Positions 1-8,757 of a stretch of DNA of 23,973 nt are shown here, piece by piece; position 1 is the first letter of the stretch, and each line of letters starts with the position of its first letter. The translations under genes and the position numbers were made by a program. The stretch is taken from positions 1 through 23,973 of the IMG/VR virus record IMGVR_UViG_3300028797_000632; one strand, written 5' to 3'. The stretch is from a virus. The notes below the pieces were generated by a model. The model was not told the DNA's origin, ran no database searches, and saw only the letters and a program-made list of their open reading frames with translations.

Positions 1-644
1 ATTTCCAACGGATATGATGCATTTCTGCTTCTTGTGGGTTTGGAAGCTGCTATTGTCTGACCAATTCCTTTAATATCCCACAAATCTGAGAACCATACGT
101 TGCGCTCTTCCCAAAAATATGCACTCTTTTGCCGCAATTCTTTTTCTCGTCCGCTAAATGTTCGTTTACCACCCTTGCGGAATATCAGAATATATTCATG
201 TTCATAGGTAACATAAGCACCAGCTGGGTACATTCCTGACCCCATGAATTTATTCGGTGAATTTGTTTGTTTGCGCCAGTGAATATCTGGTAACACGCTA
301 TATCCCATAGCAGAGAAATATTCTATTACTTTTGCGTGATTAGGATATAACTGAAAGTTACTATCAATTGTTCTTGTAGCATCACCAATGTTAATACAAA
401 CAAATCCACCAGATTTTAACACTCTATCACACTCTTCCCATACGCTATTTAATATATTATGCATATGGATAAACGCTTCGTAGCCGTTGCCAGAATACAA
501 TAATTCTTTTGTTGTTGTATCCCATATTGCATCCCACATTTCTATCATCGGATATGGTGGCGAAGTTACAATTAAGTCAACAGATTCATCGGTGATATTC
601 GACAAAAAATTACTATTGCCAATAATTACTTTATGTGTAGTCAT
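1..644 (-). CDS. DNA methyltransferase, N6-adenine/N4-cytosine family, beta class (motif IV SPPY near the N-terminus); C-terminus lies beyond the window edge
   Basis: Reverse-strand translation from the ATG at 644..642 gives MTTHKVIIGNSNFLSNITDESVDLIVTSPPYPMIEMWD...KSGGFVCINIGD... with no stop before position 1. SPPY is catalytic motif IV of amino-MTases. The start overlaps the dUTPase stop (TAATG). The ORF track omits it because it is open at the window edge. Confidence 0.75.
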   Translation of the reverse strand, partial: MTTHKVIIGNSNFLSNITDESVDLIVTSPPYPMIEMWDAIWDTTTKELLYSGNGYEAFIHMHNILNSVWEECDRVLKSGGFVCINIGDATRTIDSNFQLYPNHAKVIEYFSAMGYSVLPDIHWRKQTNSPNKFMGSGMYPAGAYVTYEHEYILIFRKGGKRTFSGREKELRQKSAYFWEERNVWFSDLWDIKGIGQTIAASKPTRSRNASYPLE

Positions 645-1090
645 TATTTTACTCCAGTAGAACCAAAACCACCGGCGCCTCGACTCGTTGTATTAAGCTT
701 CTTCACTTCATTAAACTCAACCTCAAGGTACGGAATGATAACAAGCTGTGCAATTCTTTCGTTCGGCGTAATAAATCTGGACGTATCAGAATCGTTGTGA
801 AGTGCAACTATAATTTCGCCACGATAATCTTGATCCACACATCCTACACAGTTCGCCGGTCTCAGTCCTTCCCTCGCCGCTAAACCAGATCGAGCGAATA
901 TTGCACCAAAATAGCCATCCGGAATAGCCATGGCCAATGCTGTGCCAATCTTTTTTGTTTCGCCAGGTTTAATCTCAATAAAATCTGCATCAACAATATT
1001 TGCGTACAAATCATATCCGGCAGATTCTTTGCTGCCACGAATAGGAACTTTTGCGGTGTCATCAAGTTTTCTAAAATTAATTGTTACCAT
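644..1090 (-). CDS. dut: dUTP pyrophosphatase (dUTPase)
   Basis: The protein MVTINFRKLDDTAKVPIRGSKESAGYDLYA...RSGLA...GVIDQDYRGEI...GGFGSTG carries the canonical dUTPase motifs. The real start is the internal Met of the track ORF, preceded by AAGGAGAAAAAGCACC-ATG. Confidence 0.9.
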   Translation of the reverse strand: MVTINFRKLDDTAKVPIRGSKESAGYDLYANIVDADFIEIKPGETKKIGTALAMAIPDGYFGAIFARSGLAAREGLRPANCVGCVDQDYRGEIIVALHNDSDTSRFITPNERIAQLVIIPYLEVEFNEVKKLNTTSRGAGGFGSTGVK

Positions 1091-1526
1091 GGTGCTTTTT
1101 CTCCTTATGATGAAATTTTGCATGATGTTCTCTAACATGTTTTAATATTTTTTTACGAACCAATTTTTCCATCTCGTTGTGATAATTCGTCACTACTTTC
1201 TCGTACACAAGATTGTCGTGGCGAGCATCTGGATCATAAAACGGTATGTATATATCACCGCCATTACAGGTAACAGATACTATTGTATTACTCATGTTTT
1301 CAACCCAGATTTTGAGTTCAACGTATGGTTGGCTAGTATCATCATATCTGTATAATATTTTATTATATTTGAGGTTGTTTCCTACCAGAGTGAAACCAGC
1401 TTTGGTGGCAACTCCAATAGGAACATCTGGATTAAATTCATAATTCTTCGGTTCTATCACGGATAATCTCCTTATCCTCACAAGGGACGTTCTGACCCCA
1501 CCAATATTGGCGATCTCTCGCATCAC
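1077..1526 (-). CDS. hypothetical protein, His/Lys-rich C-terminus
   Basis: 149-aa ORF with a GTG-ATG start and a 14-nt overlap with the dut start. No recognisable motifs. An overlapping 58-aa Cys-containing ORF (about 1438..1614, MPTIIAGPECNGCIYA...) in another frame makes the true start uncertain. Confidence 0.45.
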   Translation of the reverse strand: MMREIANIGGVRTSLVRIRRLSVIEPKNYEFNPDVPIGVATKAGFTLVGNNLKYNKILYRYDDTSQPYVELKIWVENMSNTIVSVTCNGGDIYIPFYDPDARHDNLVYEKVVTNYHNEMEKLVRKKILKHVREHHAKFHHKEKKHHGNN

Positions 1527-1616
1527 AGTAGACTCTAATACGCCCCTTGGTTTCTTCTTCTATAGTTGCATAAATACAACCGTTACATTCAGGGCCGGCA
1601 ATTATTGTTGGCATAA

Positions 1617-2096
1617 TTAATCATTCCATTCTTCATCTTCGGCGTTTGGAATATCATCGCTATCTTCCCAACAGCCATATTCTTCGTCGTAAGTTACAAT
1701 TACATCATCCACGGTTTCATCCACCATTGGTGTAGCATAGTATACCTCACAATCTGTCAGCATTGAGTCAAATTCTTCATAGGTTAAAATCTGGTTGGAA
1801 TAAGCATCACGTAAAGGGTACTTATACCAAGCTAACCTATATCCAGTTGGATGATAGACGAAATTTGGTTGATTATACTCTTCTTCGTCATTGCCCCAAT
1901 AGTATGGATAAAGACAAAACATTTTTGTTGTAACCCCTCCGCGAGAATTCACACGGGGGTTATCCTGGTCGTCTGCAATGCCATAATAATCACAACCGAT
2001 GTTATCTAAAAATTTACAAAATCTATCTTGCCATTGATCACGAGGGACTTCGTATGTCCCCCGCGAATGACCAAAAATAAGATTACCGAGTTCCAT
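1617..2096 (-). CDS. hypothetical protein with an acidic C-terminal tail
   Basis: 159-aa ORF with a TAA stop. The C-terminus is DEEYGCWEDSDDIPNAEDEEWND. No family recognised. Confidence 0.5.
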   Translation of the reverse strand: MELGNLIFGHSRGTYEVPRDQWQDRFCKFLDNIGCDYYGIADDQDNPRVNSRGGVTTKMFCLYPYYWGNDEEEYNQPNFVYHPTGYRLAWYKYPLRDAYSNQILTYEEFDSMLTDCEVYYATPMVDETVDDVIVTYDEEYGCWEDSDDIPNAEDEEWND

Positions 2097-2106
2097 TAAT
2101 TACTCC

Positions 2107-2433
2107 TTACTTGTCTCGTATGACATAAATATCACCAATTACATTTTCGAGTATATAACTGTTTAGAATTTCAGTCTTATTGTCTTTGTCTGTAATTTCA
2201 ATATAATATCTGTATTTATCTGGTTTGAAGTATGGGATTTTTGCAAACGCAATGAACGATGCAATAACGAAAATTATCGCAAGTATTGTACTAATAATCC
2301 TGTTTCTGGTTGATTGATCATCTAAGAATGCAGCCAAACACCAACAACCAAATATTATTGCAGCACAAATTGTAATTGCGCAAATCCAACCTTTAATACT
2401 GTTTTGAATCGGCAATGTTGCAAGTATTCTCAT
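2107..2433 (-). CDS. small integral membrane protein
   Basis: 108 aa with three hydrophobic segments (LATLPIQNSIKGWICAITICAAIIFGCWCLAAF, IISTILAIIFVIASFIAFA). Tightly coupled to the flanking genes. Confidence 0.55.
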   Translation of the reverse strand: MRILATLPIQNSIKGWICAITICAAIIFGCWCLAAFLDDQSTRNRIISTILAIIFVIASFIAFAKIPYFKPDKYRYYIEITDKDNKTEILNSYILENVIGDIYVIRDK

Positions 2434-2442
2434 AATTTTTCC

Positions 2443-4710
2443 TCAACTACAATGTGAAAAACCGCAATCTTTGCATACTGAGCACCCACCTTCAAATACT
2501 AATTCGCCACCACATTCCGGACAAATAGCTTTTGATTTCTGTTTAGGAACTTTTACCATTTCATTATTAACTGCCACTTCAACAAGTTTATCGGATGTTG
2601 GTTCATATTCACCATCGTCGTCAAACAGCTCATACTGCATTTCTTTGTACATATCAAGCAATGCATTAGCAATTGCAACTGGGCAACTATTACCCTTAGA
2701 TGTATCATGTCTGGTTGCTGCTCTTACAGCATATGACGGACAAGCTGGCACACTATGAAGCTGATCGGCAATGCTATATACATCAATTCCGCCTCTTGCA
2801 GACAATGAAATCATCCTAGATATAGCAGTCAGATTACATAGACATCCACCACTTGAACCTTTATTCAAAAAACATTCCAATAAATCGCCAGTATCTGGAT
2901 CAAAGAACGCAGAGCAATGAAGTGTACCACAACCAGTTACCAAATGTCGTTCCTTACCAATTGTATCATTGTCAACACGAATAATCATTCCACGACCAGG
3001 CTTAGTTGGAATACTCTTTTTTTCATCTGTTGAATTATTGTCGAGCGTTAGTATGCCAGTCCTTTTACAGTTATCTCGGAAAATTGTTACGCCTTTAAGT
3101 CCACATTCCCATGCGGTCATATATAATCTTTCAACTTCTTCCACAGAGAAATTATTTGGAACATTTACAGTAGAACTAATACTTGCATCTATATGCTGTT
3201 GCCAAATACCTTGCATTAATATGCGCTTCTCATAAAATATATTTTGTGCCGTAACAAAGAAATCTGGAAGATCAGAGTCATCCGTGAGACTATGCTCGTC
3301 CATGTATTTCTTTACGATTGGAGTATATACTTTATAGTATTCATCATGACCGTGTAGAGACTCTGTTTTGCGTGTATAATAGTTTGCAAAAATCGGCTCA
3401 ATTCCACCAGATATTCCAAGCATTGTTGACAGCGTACCAGTTGGAGCAATGGTTAGTAGCTGAGAATTAGCCAATCCATGAGATATATCAACATTTTCCG
3501 CATGTTTTTTGTAAAATTCAGATTTCGTAACAGCGTCATGGTGATACTTCGGATAATGACCAATTACACTGGCAAGATATGCTGACGTTTGTATTGCCTG
3601 AGATGCCATTGTGTATCCTATCATATTACAAAGATCAATTGATTCATCGTCTCCATACTTAATACCCATTTTGATTAGCATATCAGCTAACCCCATGATG
3701 CCTAACCCAATCTGTCTCCAATCACGAACCGATTCTCGCTGTTCTTGCAATGGATGAAGCGGAAGCCCTTCGTCTAACACATCATTAAGTGCAATTGTCG
3801 CAATATCTACGGTTTTTGCGAAATCATCAAAATTAAATTGTTTATCCTTAGTTACAAATTCAGCAAGATTAATTGAACCGAGAAGACAACTACCACCAGC
3901 TGGCAACGGTTCCTCCGCACACGGATTGGTTCCAGCATAATGGAACTCGTCATCGCAGCTTAACAAATTCCAATTCTCAATTCTGTCCCAAAACAGCATT
4001 CCAGGCTCCGCCCAATCCCAATTTGATTCGCAAATCTTATGGAATAATTCGTATGCATCAACTTCTTTAGTAATTGTCTCGCCAGTTTCTTGTCTGGTAA
4101 AACTTAATGTGAACGGCTCTCGATTTTTTACAGCATTCATAAATTTGTCAGTGATACGAATGCTGATATTTGCTTTCGTTACCCTATCAGTATTTTGTTT
4201 AACACCAATGAATTCTTCAAGGTCAGGATGCTCACAAGAAATTGACAACATCAATGCGCCACGACGACCGTTCTGACCTATTAAGCCAGTAACAAGCGAA
4301 TACAAATCCATGAAACTAACAGATCCAGATGTCTGTTTTGCAGTATTGTTGACCGTCGCTCCTCTTGGGGCAAGATTACTTAAATCAACACCGCAACCAC
4401 CACCATATGAATACGTTCTGGCAAGTTTCTTAGCACAATCGAATATTGATTCAATGCTATCCTCTGGCGGTTCAATAACATAACAGTTGGAGTATGTTAC
4501 TTTTACTCCTAACTTAGGCAACCCACGGTTGGCTAAAATACGACCGCCAAACAAAAACTTTTTTTCAATAATCTGACGTTTGAGTTCTTCATTTTTTGCC
4601 GAAACTCTATTTAACCATTCATCAAAGCTTTCATTGTCATAGCGGTATTTTTTATTCCAAATATCGATTCCAAGCTGATTATCTTTACCAAGCCATTCTT
4701 GTACTGTCAT
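2443..4710 (-). CDS. nrdJ: ribonucleotide reductase, class II-like (adenosylcobalamin-type, NrdJ-like) with a C-terminal Cys4 zinc ribbon
   Basis: 755 aa. It has the RNR active-site signature GTNPCAEEPLPAGGSCLLGSINL (N-x-C-x-E plus a second Cys), which resembles the class II NPCGE(Q/E)PL motif. It also has DWRQIGLGIMGLADML and a C-terminal CPECGG...CSVCKDCG redox/zinc tail. No NrdB/NrdG partner is adjacent. SD GAGGTG lies before the ATG, and the start overlaps the upstream stop (TGAATGA). Confidence 0.7.
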   Translation of the reverse strand: MTVQEWLGKDNQLGIDIWNKKYRYDNESFDEWLNRVSAKNEELKRQIIEKKFLFGGRILANRGLPKLGVKVTYSNCYVIEPPEDSIESIFDCAKKLARTYSYGGGCGVDLSNLAPRGATVNNTAKQTSGSVSFMDLYSLVTGLIGQNGRRGALMLSISCEHPDLEEFIGVKQNTDRVTKANISIRITDKFMNAVKNREPFTLSFTRQETGETITKEVDAYELFHKICESNWDWAEPGMLFWDRIENWNLLSCDDEFHYAGTNPCAEEPLPAGGSCLLGSINLAEFVTKDKQFNFDDFAKTVDIATIALNDVLDEGLPLHPLQEQRESVRDWRQIGLGIMGLADMLIKMGIKYGDDESIDLCNMIGYTMASQAIQTSAYLASVIGHYPKYHHDAVTKSEFYKKHAENVDISHGLANSQLLTIAPTGTLSTMLGISGGIEPIFANYYTRKTESLHGHDEYYKVYTPIVKKYMDEHSLTDDSDLPDFFVTAQNIFYEKRILMQGIWQQHIDASISSTVNVPNNFSVEEVERLYMTAWECGLKGVTIFRDNCKRTGILTLDNNSTDEKKSIPTKPGRGMIIRVDNDTIGKERHLVTGCGTLHCSAFFDPDTGDLLECFLNKGSSGGCLCNLTAISRMISLSARGGIDVYSIADQLHSVPACPSYAVRAATRHDTSKGNSCPVAIANALLDMYKEMQYELFDDDGEYEPTSDKLVEVAVNNEMVKVPKQKSKAICPECGGELVFEGGCSVCKDCGFSHCS

Positions 4711-4720
4711 TCATCACACC

Positions 4721-5155
4721 TCACATTTTCAAACGTCCAAATGTCCTACATAAATCGTCTTCAATCGCCTGCGCCTTATCCTCATGATGGAAACAAAAGC
4801 TCTGCGCAATAATCGCCGCTTCTTGTAAATCACGAGAAATACGATCATACAGTTTTGCAAGCTTACGATGATTCTTCAGTTCCAGTTTGGCAGCACAAAC
4901 CTCAATGCCACGCTTTTCATCCCAAGTGTCGTTCTCGTCGCAATAAGCATTGGCGTGAATAATATTTGTCTCGTTCAGAGTGTGTCTCCTAAAAACCTCA
5001 TCATGCAGAACGGCGTGTCTAAGAATTGACTTGTAAATCGGTTTAATCCCAATTCTCAAATCATTAGCGTAACTTTTTTCCAACATCTCGCCCTGGACAA
5101 GTTTTGCTTCAGGGATTACTTTAAATTCCTTACCTTTGATTTTAATTCGTTTCAT
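4721..5155 (-). CDS. hypothetical protein
   Basis: 144-aa ORF with no recognised motifs, coupled to nrdJ. Confidence 0.5.
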   Translation of the reverse strand: MKRIKIKGKEFKVIPEAKLVQGEMLEKSYANDLRIGIKPIYKSILRHAVLHDEVFRRHTLNETNIIHANAYCDENDTWDEKRGIEVCAAKLELKNHRKLAKLYDRISRDLQEAAIIAQSFCFHHEDKAQAIEDDLCRTFGRLKM

Positions 5156-5195
5156 GACATATCTCCTTAATATATGATTTAATTATTCTACTAAT

Positions 5196-5429
5196 TTATT
5201 CAACATACGCACCAAGTTCTTTAACTTGACTAATAAAATCTGCCAACTCTTCTGCATCTGATGTAACTGGCATTATCTCAACGACTCGCCCAGTCAGCCC
5301 CATTACACCCATGACCGAACATCCATCGACACATAACTTGCCGCAACTAACATTTACATCAAATCCGCAACTATCGCAAATTTTACACAAGTCATTAACT
5401 TGTTCTAAATCTAAATCTAATTTCAACAT
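5196..5429 (-). CDS. small Cys-rich protein (CKICDSCG...SCGKLCVDGC)
   Basis: 77-aa ORF with about 8 Cys in 30 residues, consistent with a metal-binding protein. It lies downstream of the RNR. Confidence 0.45.
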   Translation of the reverse strand: MLKLDLDLEQVNDLCKICDSCGFDVNVSCGKLCVDGCSVMGVMGLTGRVVEIMPVTSDAEELADFISQVKELGAYVE

Positions 5430-5431
5430 AA

Positions 5432-5644
5432 TTAATTATCCTTTACCCAACTCAGATAACTTTGCCAGTAGCCCAACATCGGCGTTGCATCAACGCACAT
5501 TTGCATACGATGTTTTGCACATTGATAATCTTCCCAAACTCCATCGTCGATTTTTAGCCAACCATCCTCAACTCCGACAATTGTCAGATGATCTTCTACT
5601 GGATCTGCATCAATAAATATATTATACTTGCTGTCAAATTCCAC
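5432..5644 (-). CDS. hypothetical protein (GTG start)
   Basis: 70 aa with an apparent GTG start. The nearest SD (AGGAG) is about 30 nt upstream with a 5-bp hairpin between, so the start is uncertain. Confidence 0.35.
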   Translation of the reverse strand: MEFDSKYNIFIDADPVEDHLTIVGVEDGWLKIDDGVWEDYQCAKHRMQMCVDATPMLGYWQSYLSWVKDN

Positions 5645-5743
5645 GCTGTCGCAATCTAACTACTTCACTGTAGTAACTCCTTTGGTTTGTTCTTGTCGCC
5701 GGATAACAAGTTAATAGTTTGTTTTATCGTCATTGTATATACC

Positions 5744-6235
5744 TCACAACACATATCGCAAGTCTACTTCGTCATTCATTACTTTGATTAAATCTTGTCG
5801 TTTACTAATTAATTTATCCTTGAGAGAATCGATTTCTTCATTAAGGCGGCGAACCACACGCTCTTTGTCTGGCATAGCATTCTTCTTTATCATATAGTGT
5901 GGCGATGTTCTGCCGCCAGAATCGAGAGATATAATCCATTTATCCTCAGATTTGTAATCGCCCCAGTGAAAGCCGCGAAATTTCTCAACGTCATTCAAGT
6001 CAAATACAAATTCAAACTTATCAATATTATCATCTGTTATTTCTATGATAAATTCATTAAAATAGGTATCACACATGTAGTATGTGTCACCGACAATTCG
6101 TACTTTGAATGTCCAATTGTTACTCCAGTATGGATTGTCACGCTTATATATTGGTAGCAATTCCAACATCGGTTCGCAGCGATAAATACCACTCATACAA
6201 AGTTTGTTGGCATTAGATTGTGATAATACTGGCAT
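5744..6235 (-). CDS. hypothetical protein
   Basis: 163-aa ORF with a TGA stop. Confidence 0.5.
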   Translation of the reverse strand: MPVLSQSNANKLCMSGIYRCEPMLELLPIYKRDNPYWSNNWTFKVRIVGDTYYMCDTYFNEFIIEITDDNIDKFEFVFDLNDVEKFRGFHWGDYKSEDKWIISLDSGGRTSPHYMIKKNAMPDKERVVRRLNEEIDSLKDKLISKRQDLIKVMNDEVDLRYVL

Positions 6236-6258
6236 TATTTCTCCTTATGTTTATTATT

Positions 6259-6447
6259 TTAAACAATAGATTGGTTATTGTTTATAATAGTTGACATTAT
6301 ACATTGTTGAGCAACTTTGTATGCGGCAATTAACTCTGTATCGGTTTGAACTAAATCACAGGCGGCGCAATTGTGATCACATATGTTGTTGCGTTCTACA
6401 CATCGTTGCTCAATTTGCATTAACTCCAGTGCTCGTTCTAATGTCAT
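6259..6447 (-). CDS. small Cys-rich hypothetical protein
   Basis: 62 aa with CVERNNICDHNCAACD. It overlaps the next gene by 4 nt (ATGA). Confidence 0.4.
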   Translation of the reverse strand: MTLERALELMQIEQRCVERNNICDHNCAACDLVQTDTELIAAYKVAQQCIMSTIINNNQSIV

Positions 6448-6725
6448 AGACCGAGTTCCCTCTTTGCTTCGTCTGTAAGCTGATATTTAACATTCTCACC
6501 TTCCCAATCCCATCCTTGAATGCGAGCTTCGGCAACTGCAGCGACGTTGAGAACCATACTCCCTTTATTAATAGAACAATCATCATTCATTACAGTGGCA
6601 ATAACTTCGAGTTTAATGGTGTTCTCTGGAATGTAAATGATTGCTGGGACTGTGGTTACTTCGAGATATTCTGGTTCTGGCGGATTTTGTGTTGAAACTG
6701 TGGGTGGTTCATTGTTAATTTTCAT
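6444..6725 (-). CDS. hypothetical protein
   Basis: 93 aa with the SD AAGGAGAACTAATT-ATG. It lies immediately 3' of the tRNA on the same strand. Confidence 0.5.
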   Translation of the reverse strand: MKINNEPPTVSTQNPPEPEYLEVTTVPAIIYIPENTIKLEVIATVMNDDCSINKGSMVLNVAAVAEARIQGWDWEGENVKYQLTDEAKRELGL

Positions 6726-6760
6726 AATTAGTTCTCCTTAATATGATATTTATTATTACA

Positions 6761-6851
6761 CAAGGGCGGAGCGATTCGAACGCTCATCAGCGGCATCAAA
6801 CGCGCTTACAGATTTAGAGTCTGCTGTTTTCGACCATTAAACTACGCCCCT
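6761..6851 (-). tRNA. tRNA with anticodon CUA (amber/UAG-reading); anticodon arm identical to the E. coli tRNA-Tyr su3/supF suppressor; long variable arm (type II); no encoded CCA
   Basis: Reverse complement is AGGGGCG-TA-GTTTAATGGTCGAAAAC-A-GCAGA[CTCTAAA]TCTGT-(22 nt variable)-GAGCG[TTCGAAT]CGCTC-CGCCCTT-G.
- Acceptor stem: 7 bp, with G2·U71.
- U8 and A9 are present.
- D stem: 4 bp.
- T stem: 5 bp, with a canonical TTCGAAT loop.
- Anticodon loop: CU-CUA-AA with U33 and A37.
- The GCAGA-CUCUAAA-UCUG(U) arm matches the tRNA-Tyr(GUA) arm with G34 changed to C. Confidence 0.75.
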
Positions 6852-6929
6852 AAATTAATCACGCCTTTCTCATTCTTCCGCAAAAGCGAGCTTTCATCTC
6901 CCAGTCCGCAAACCTCGACGAGCATTGAC

Positions 6930-6974
6930 CTACCCGCCGTCACCACGGCAGCAGATCATATATTTGTGCCACAT
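6930..6974 (-). CDS. 14-codon leader-like ORF (MWHKYMICCRGDGG) ending in TAG, directly upstream of the suppressor tRNA
   Basis: Very strong SD (CTATAAGGAGGTTAAA-ATG). The ORF terminates at a TAG at 6930-6932. Read-through would add VNARRGLRTGR and then TGA. Too short to assess by composition. Confidence 0.25.
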   Translation of the reverse strand: MWHKYMICCRGDGG

Positions 6975-7012
6975 TTTAACCTCCTTATAGTGGGTTATAT
7001 TGTTGCTATGTT

Positions 7013-7300
7013 TTATTCAACCCATTCCGACTCATACCAAACCATCAGAAACTGATCACCAGAAAACTCGTCGGTAAAAATATCATACCCATCCATTTCA
7101 TCATCAAGATAATAGCTATCTCCATCATCACTGATTAATTCACCAGTTGGATAATCATAATGACAAATGCCGACTAAAACATCACGATCATATGGCGTAT
7201 GAGTTCTGTAATTTATTTCAAGCCTTTTTCGTTCTGGGTTGCTTACCTTTTTTATAATCTCTCTAAGCTTCATCTTCGTCTTCGTCCCAACTATCAACAC
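7013..7300 (-). CDS. hypothetical protein
   Basis: 95-aa track ORF. The likely true start is the internal ATG (MKLREIIKK..., about 7275). A 38-aa ORF (7264..7380, MLATTSEKKIKQ..., TAG stop) overlaps its start in ATGAAGCTTAG fashion. Confidence 0.45.
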   Translation of the reverse strand: MLIVGTKTKMKLREIIKKVSNPERKRLEINYRTHTPYDRDVLVGICHYDYPTGELISDDGDSYYLDDEMDGYDIFTDEFSGDQFLMVWYESEWVE

Positions 7301-7407
7301 TTAATATTTCTACATCAACAGCACCAGTCATATCTTTGAGAGTTTGCTTAATTTTTTTCTCGCTAGTAGTAGCAAGCATATCGCCAACTCGACCTTCCCA
7401 AGTTAAA

Positions 7408-7989
7408 TCAGTTCTTACCGTCGTTATTGCCATCGAATTCTACCAACCTTCTCCAACCAAAACACCATGTCCACGCACGGAGTCCGTTATATCCTGCATC
7501 TACCATATCTTCGAATAACCGCTTGCGACTTGCATCAAACATTGGAATATGTAGTCCGTCGTATGTTGCTCTCTCGCCAGCGTACTTTACTCGCTTTACC
7601 AACTCAGTTTCATAATTTTCTTCACCATTATTCCATACGCAAATTTTTTTGATTGCTTCTTTATCGTCAAACGGCTCGTGATTTCTTTTACAACGTCTAT
7701 AATATTTTTTTAATTGATTTAATCGCCATTTGAGCCGATCTTCTTCTTCAATGTCGATGTATGAACGCTCCGATAGATGAGCGTCAATGCCGTCTTCTTT
7801 GGACGATGACATACTAGTTATCAAATAAGGATAATACGGCATCAAATCCTTTTGCGAGTCAATACGCAACGGAATTAAACCATTGTTCGCAGCGTATATA
7901 CGAACATTACTAAAATCAGTGACCTTGTGAATCATTACGAGCGTATCGTAACAATCGCACTTGCCAGTCAGATAACTAATGTTAATCAC
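7408..7989 (-). CDS. hypothetical protein
   Basis: 193-aa ORF with a TGA stop and no recognised motifs. Confidence 0.5.
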   Translation of the reverse strand: MINISYLTGKCDCYDTLVMIHKVTDFSNVRIYAANNGLIPLRIDSQKDLMPYYPYLITSMSSSKEDGIDAHLSERSYIDIEEEDRLKWRLNQLKKYYRRCKRNHEPFDDKEAIKKICVWNNGEENYETELVKRVKYAGERATYDGLHIPMFDASRKRLFEDMVDAGYNGLRAWTWCFGWRRLVEFDGNNDGKN

Positions 7990-8009
7990 CTCATCTCTTT
8001 AATAATTGA

Positions 8010-8438
8010 TTATCTGCAATAATAATCAATGACGTAATCAATCGCTTGCAACATAGACGGAAATACCACTTGACTATCAACCTTCAACCATGGATATACT
8101 TCCTCATCTGTCGAAAATGAAACCACCGGAATTTTATTATCTACTGCAAACTGTAGTTCTTGTGCTGTTCCTGGACTTGTTCTAGTTCTATCCAAATTAC
8201 AAAGCACCAATCGCGAATGTAGTATTTGATCCATATAGTATTGCTTGACTTGTGTATCAGATTGATGCTTGACTTCTGAATAGCTAAAGAAATCAAGTGG
8301 ATTGATAATTTTTACGGTACAATCTAAATCCTCTGTCACAGTCTTAAACATCTGCGTTGCTTTTGCTCTCCAACTAGCCCCTTCATCTTCTTCGAAGTAA
8401 GATGGCCCAGCAAGATAAATTCTAATTACTTCACTCAT
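8010..8438 (-). CDS. nucleoside 2-deoxyribosyltransferase-like / dNMP N-glycosidase-like protein (Rossmann-like YLAGP family)
   Basis: The N-terminus MSEVIRIYLAGPSYFEEDEGASWR matches the YLAGPxF signature of the nucleoside 2-deoxyribosyltransferase / Rcl-like fold (PF05014-type). Size is about 140 aa. Confidence 0.5.
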   Translation of the reverse strand: MSEVIRIYLAGPSYFEEDEGASWRAKATQMFKTVTEDLDCTVKIINPLDFFSYSEVKHQSDTQVKQYYMDQILHSRLVLCNLDRTRTSPGTAQELQFAVDNKIPVVSFSTDEEVYPWLKVDSQVVFPSMLQAIDYVIDYYCR

Positions 8439-8757
8439 TACTATTCTCCAATTCTATTACAGTCATCAAACAATAATTCGCCATGTCAATTAACGTGTCA
8501 GTAATCGCTTCGTCGCCGCTATCAACTTCAGGATGCTTTGATAAATTAACAAAACGATTATACTTATCACTGATACGAACAGCGCAAGCAGCAAGACCCC
8601 AATCGCTAAAACTGCGTCCAAAAGAATCACCATAAGCCGCATTCTTCTGGATATATGTTGAATGTATTTGCTCACATAATTCTTCATGTCGTTTGATTTT
8701 GTCCATCGTTGTTTCTCCTGTCGTAAAAATATTTATTGTAAGCATCGTAGCGTTCAT
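8431..8757 (-). CDS. small all-alpha hypothetical protein, possibly DUF1599/MazG-like nucleotide-metabolism associated
   Basis: 108 aa. KNAAYGDSFG...DEAITDTLIDMANYCL is reminiscent of small phage nucleotide-modification-associated helical domains. Recalled from memory only, not verified. Confidence 0.3.
   Translation of the reverse strand: MNATMLTINIFTTGETTMDKIKRHEELCEQIHSTYIQKNAAYGDSFGRSFSDWGLAACAVRISDKYNRFVNLSKHPEVDSGDEAITDTLIDMANYCLMTVIELENSNE

Noticed and set aside
2443-4710. Class III anaerobic RNR (NrdD) or class I NrdA assignment
   Set aside because: There is no C-terminal glycyl-radical motif (RVCGY) and no adjacent NrdG activase. There is no NrdB partner and no clear N-terminal ATP-cone. 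The NPCAEEPL motif plus C-terminal Cys-pairs fit class II better, although class I cannot be fully excluded without an HMM search.
6852-6975. Possible second tRNA or structured RNA upstream of the suppressor tRNA
   Set aside because: No T-loop (GTTCRANYC) or D-loop signature, and no cloverleaf could be drawn. There is only a short hairpin (CCG-TGGTGA-CGG) and a direct repeat.
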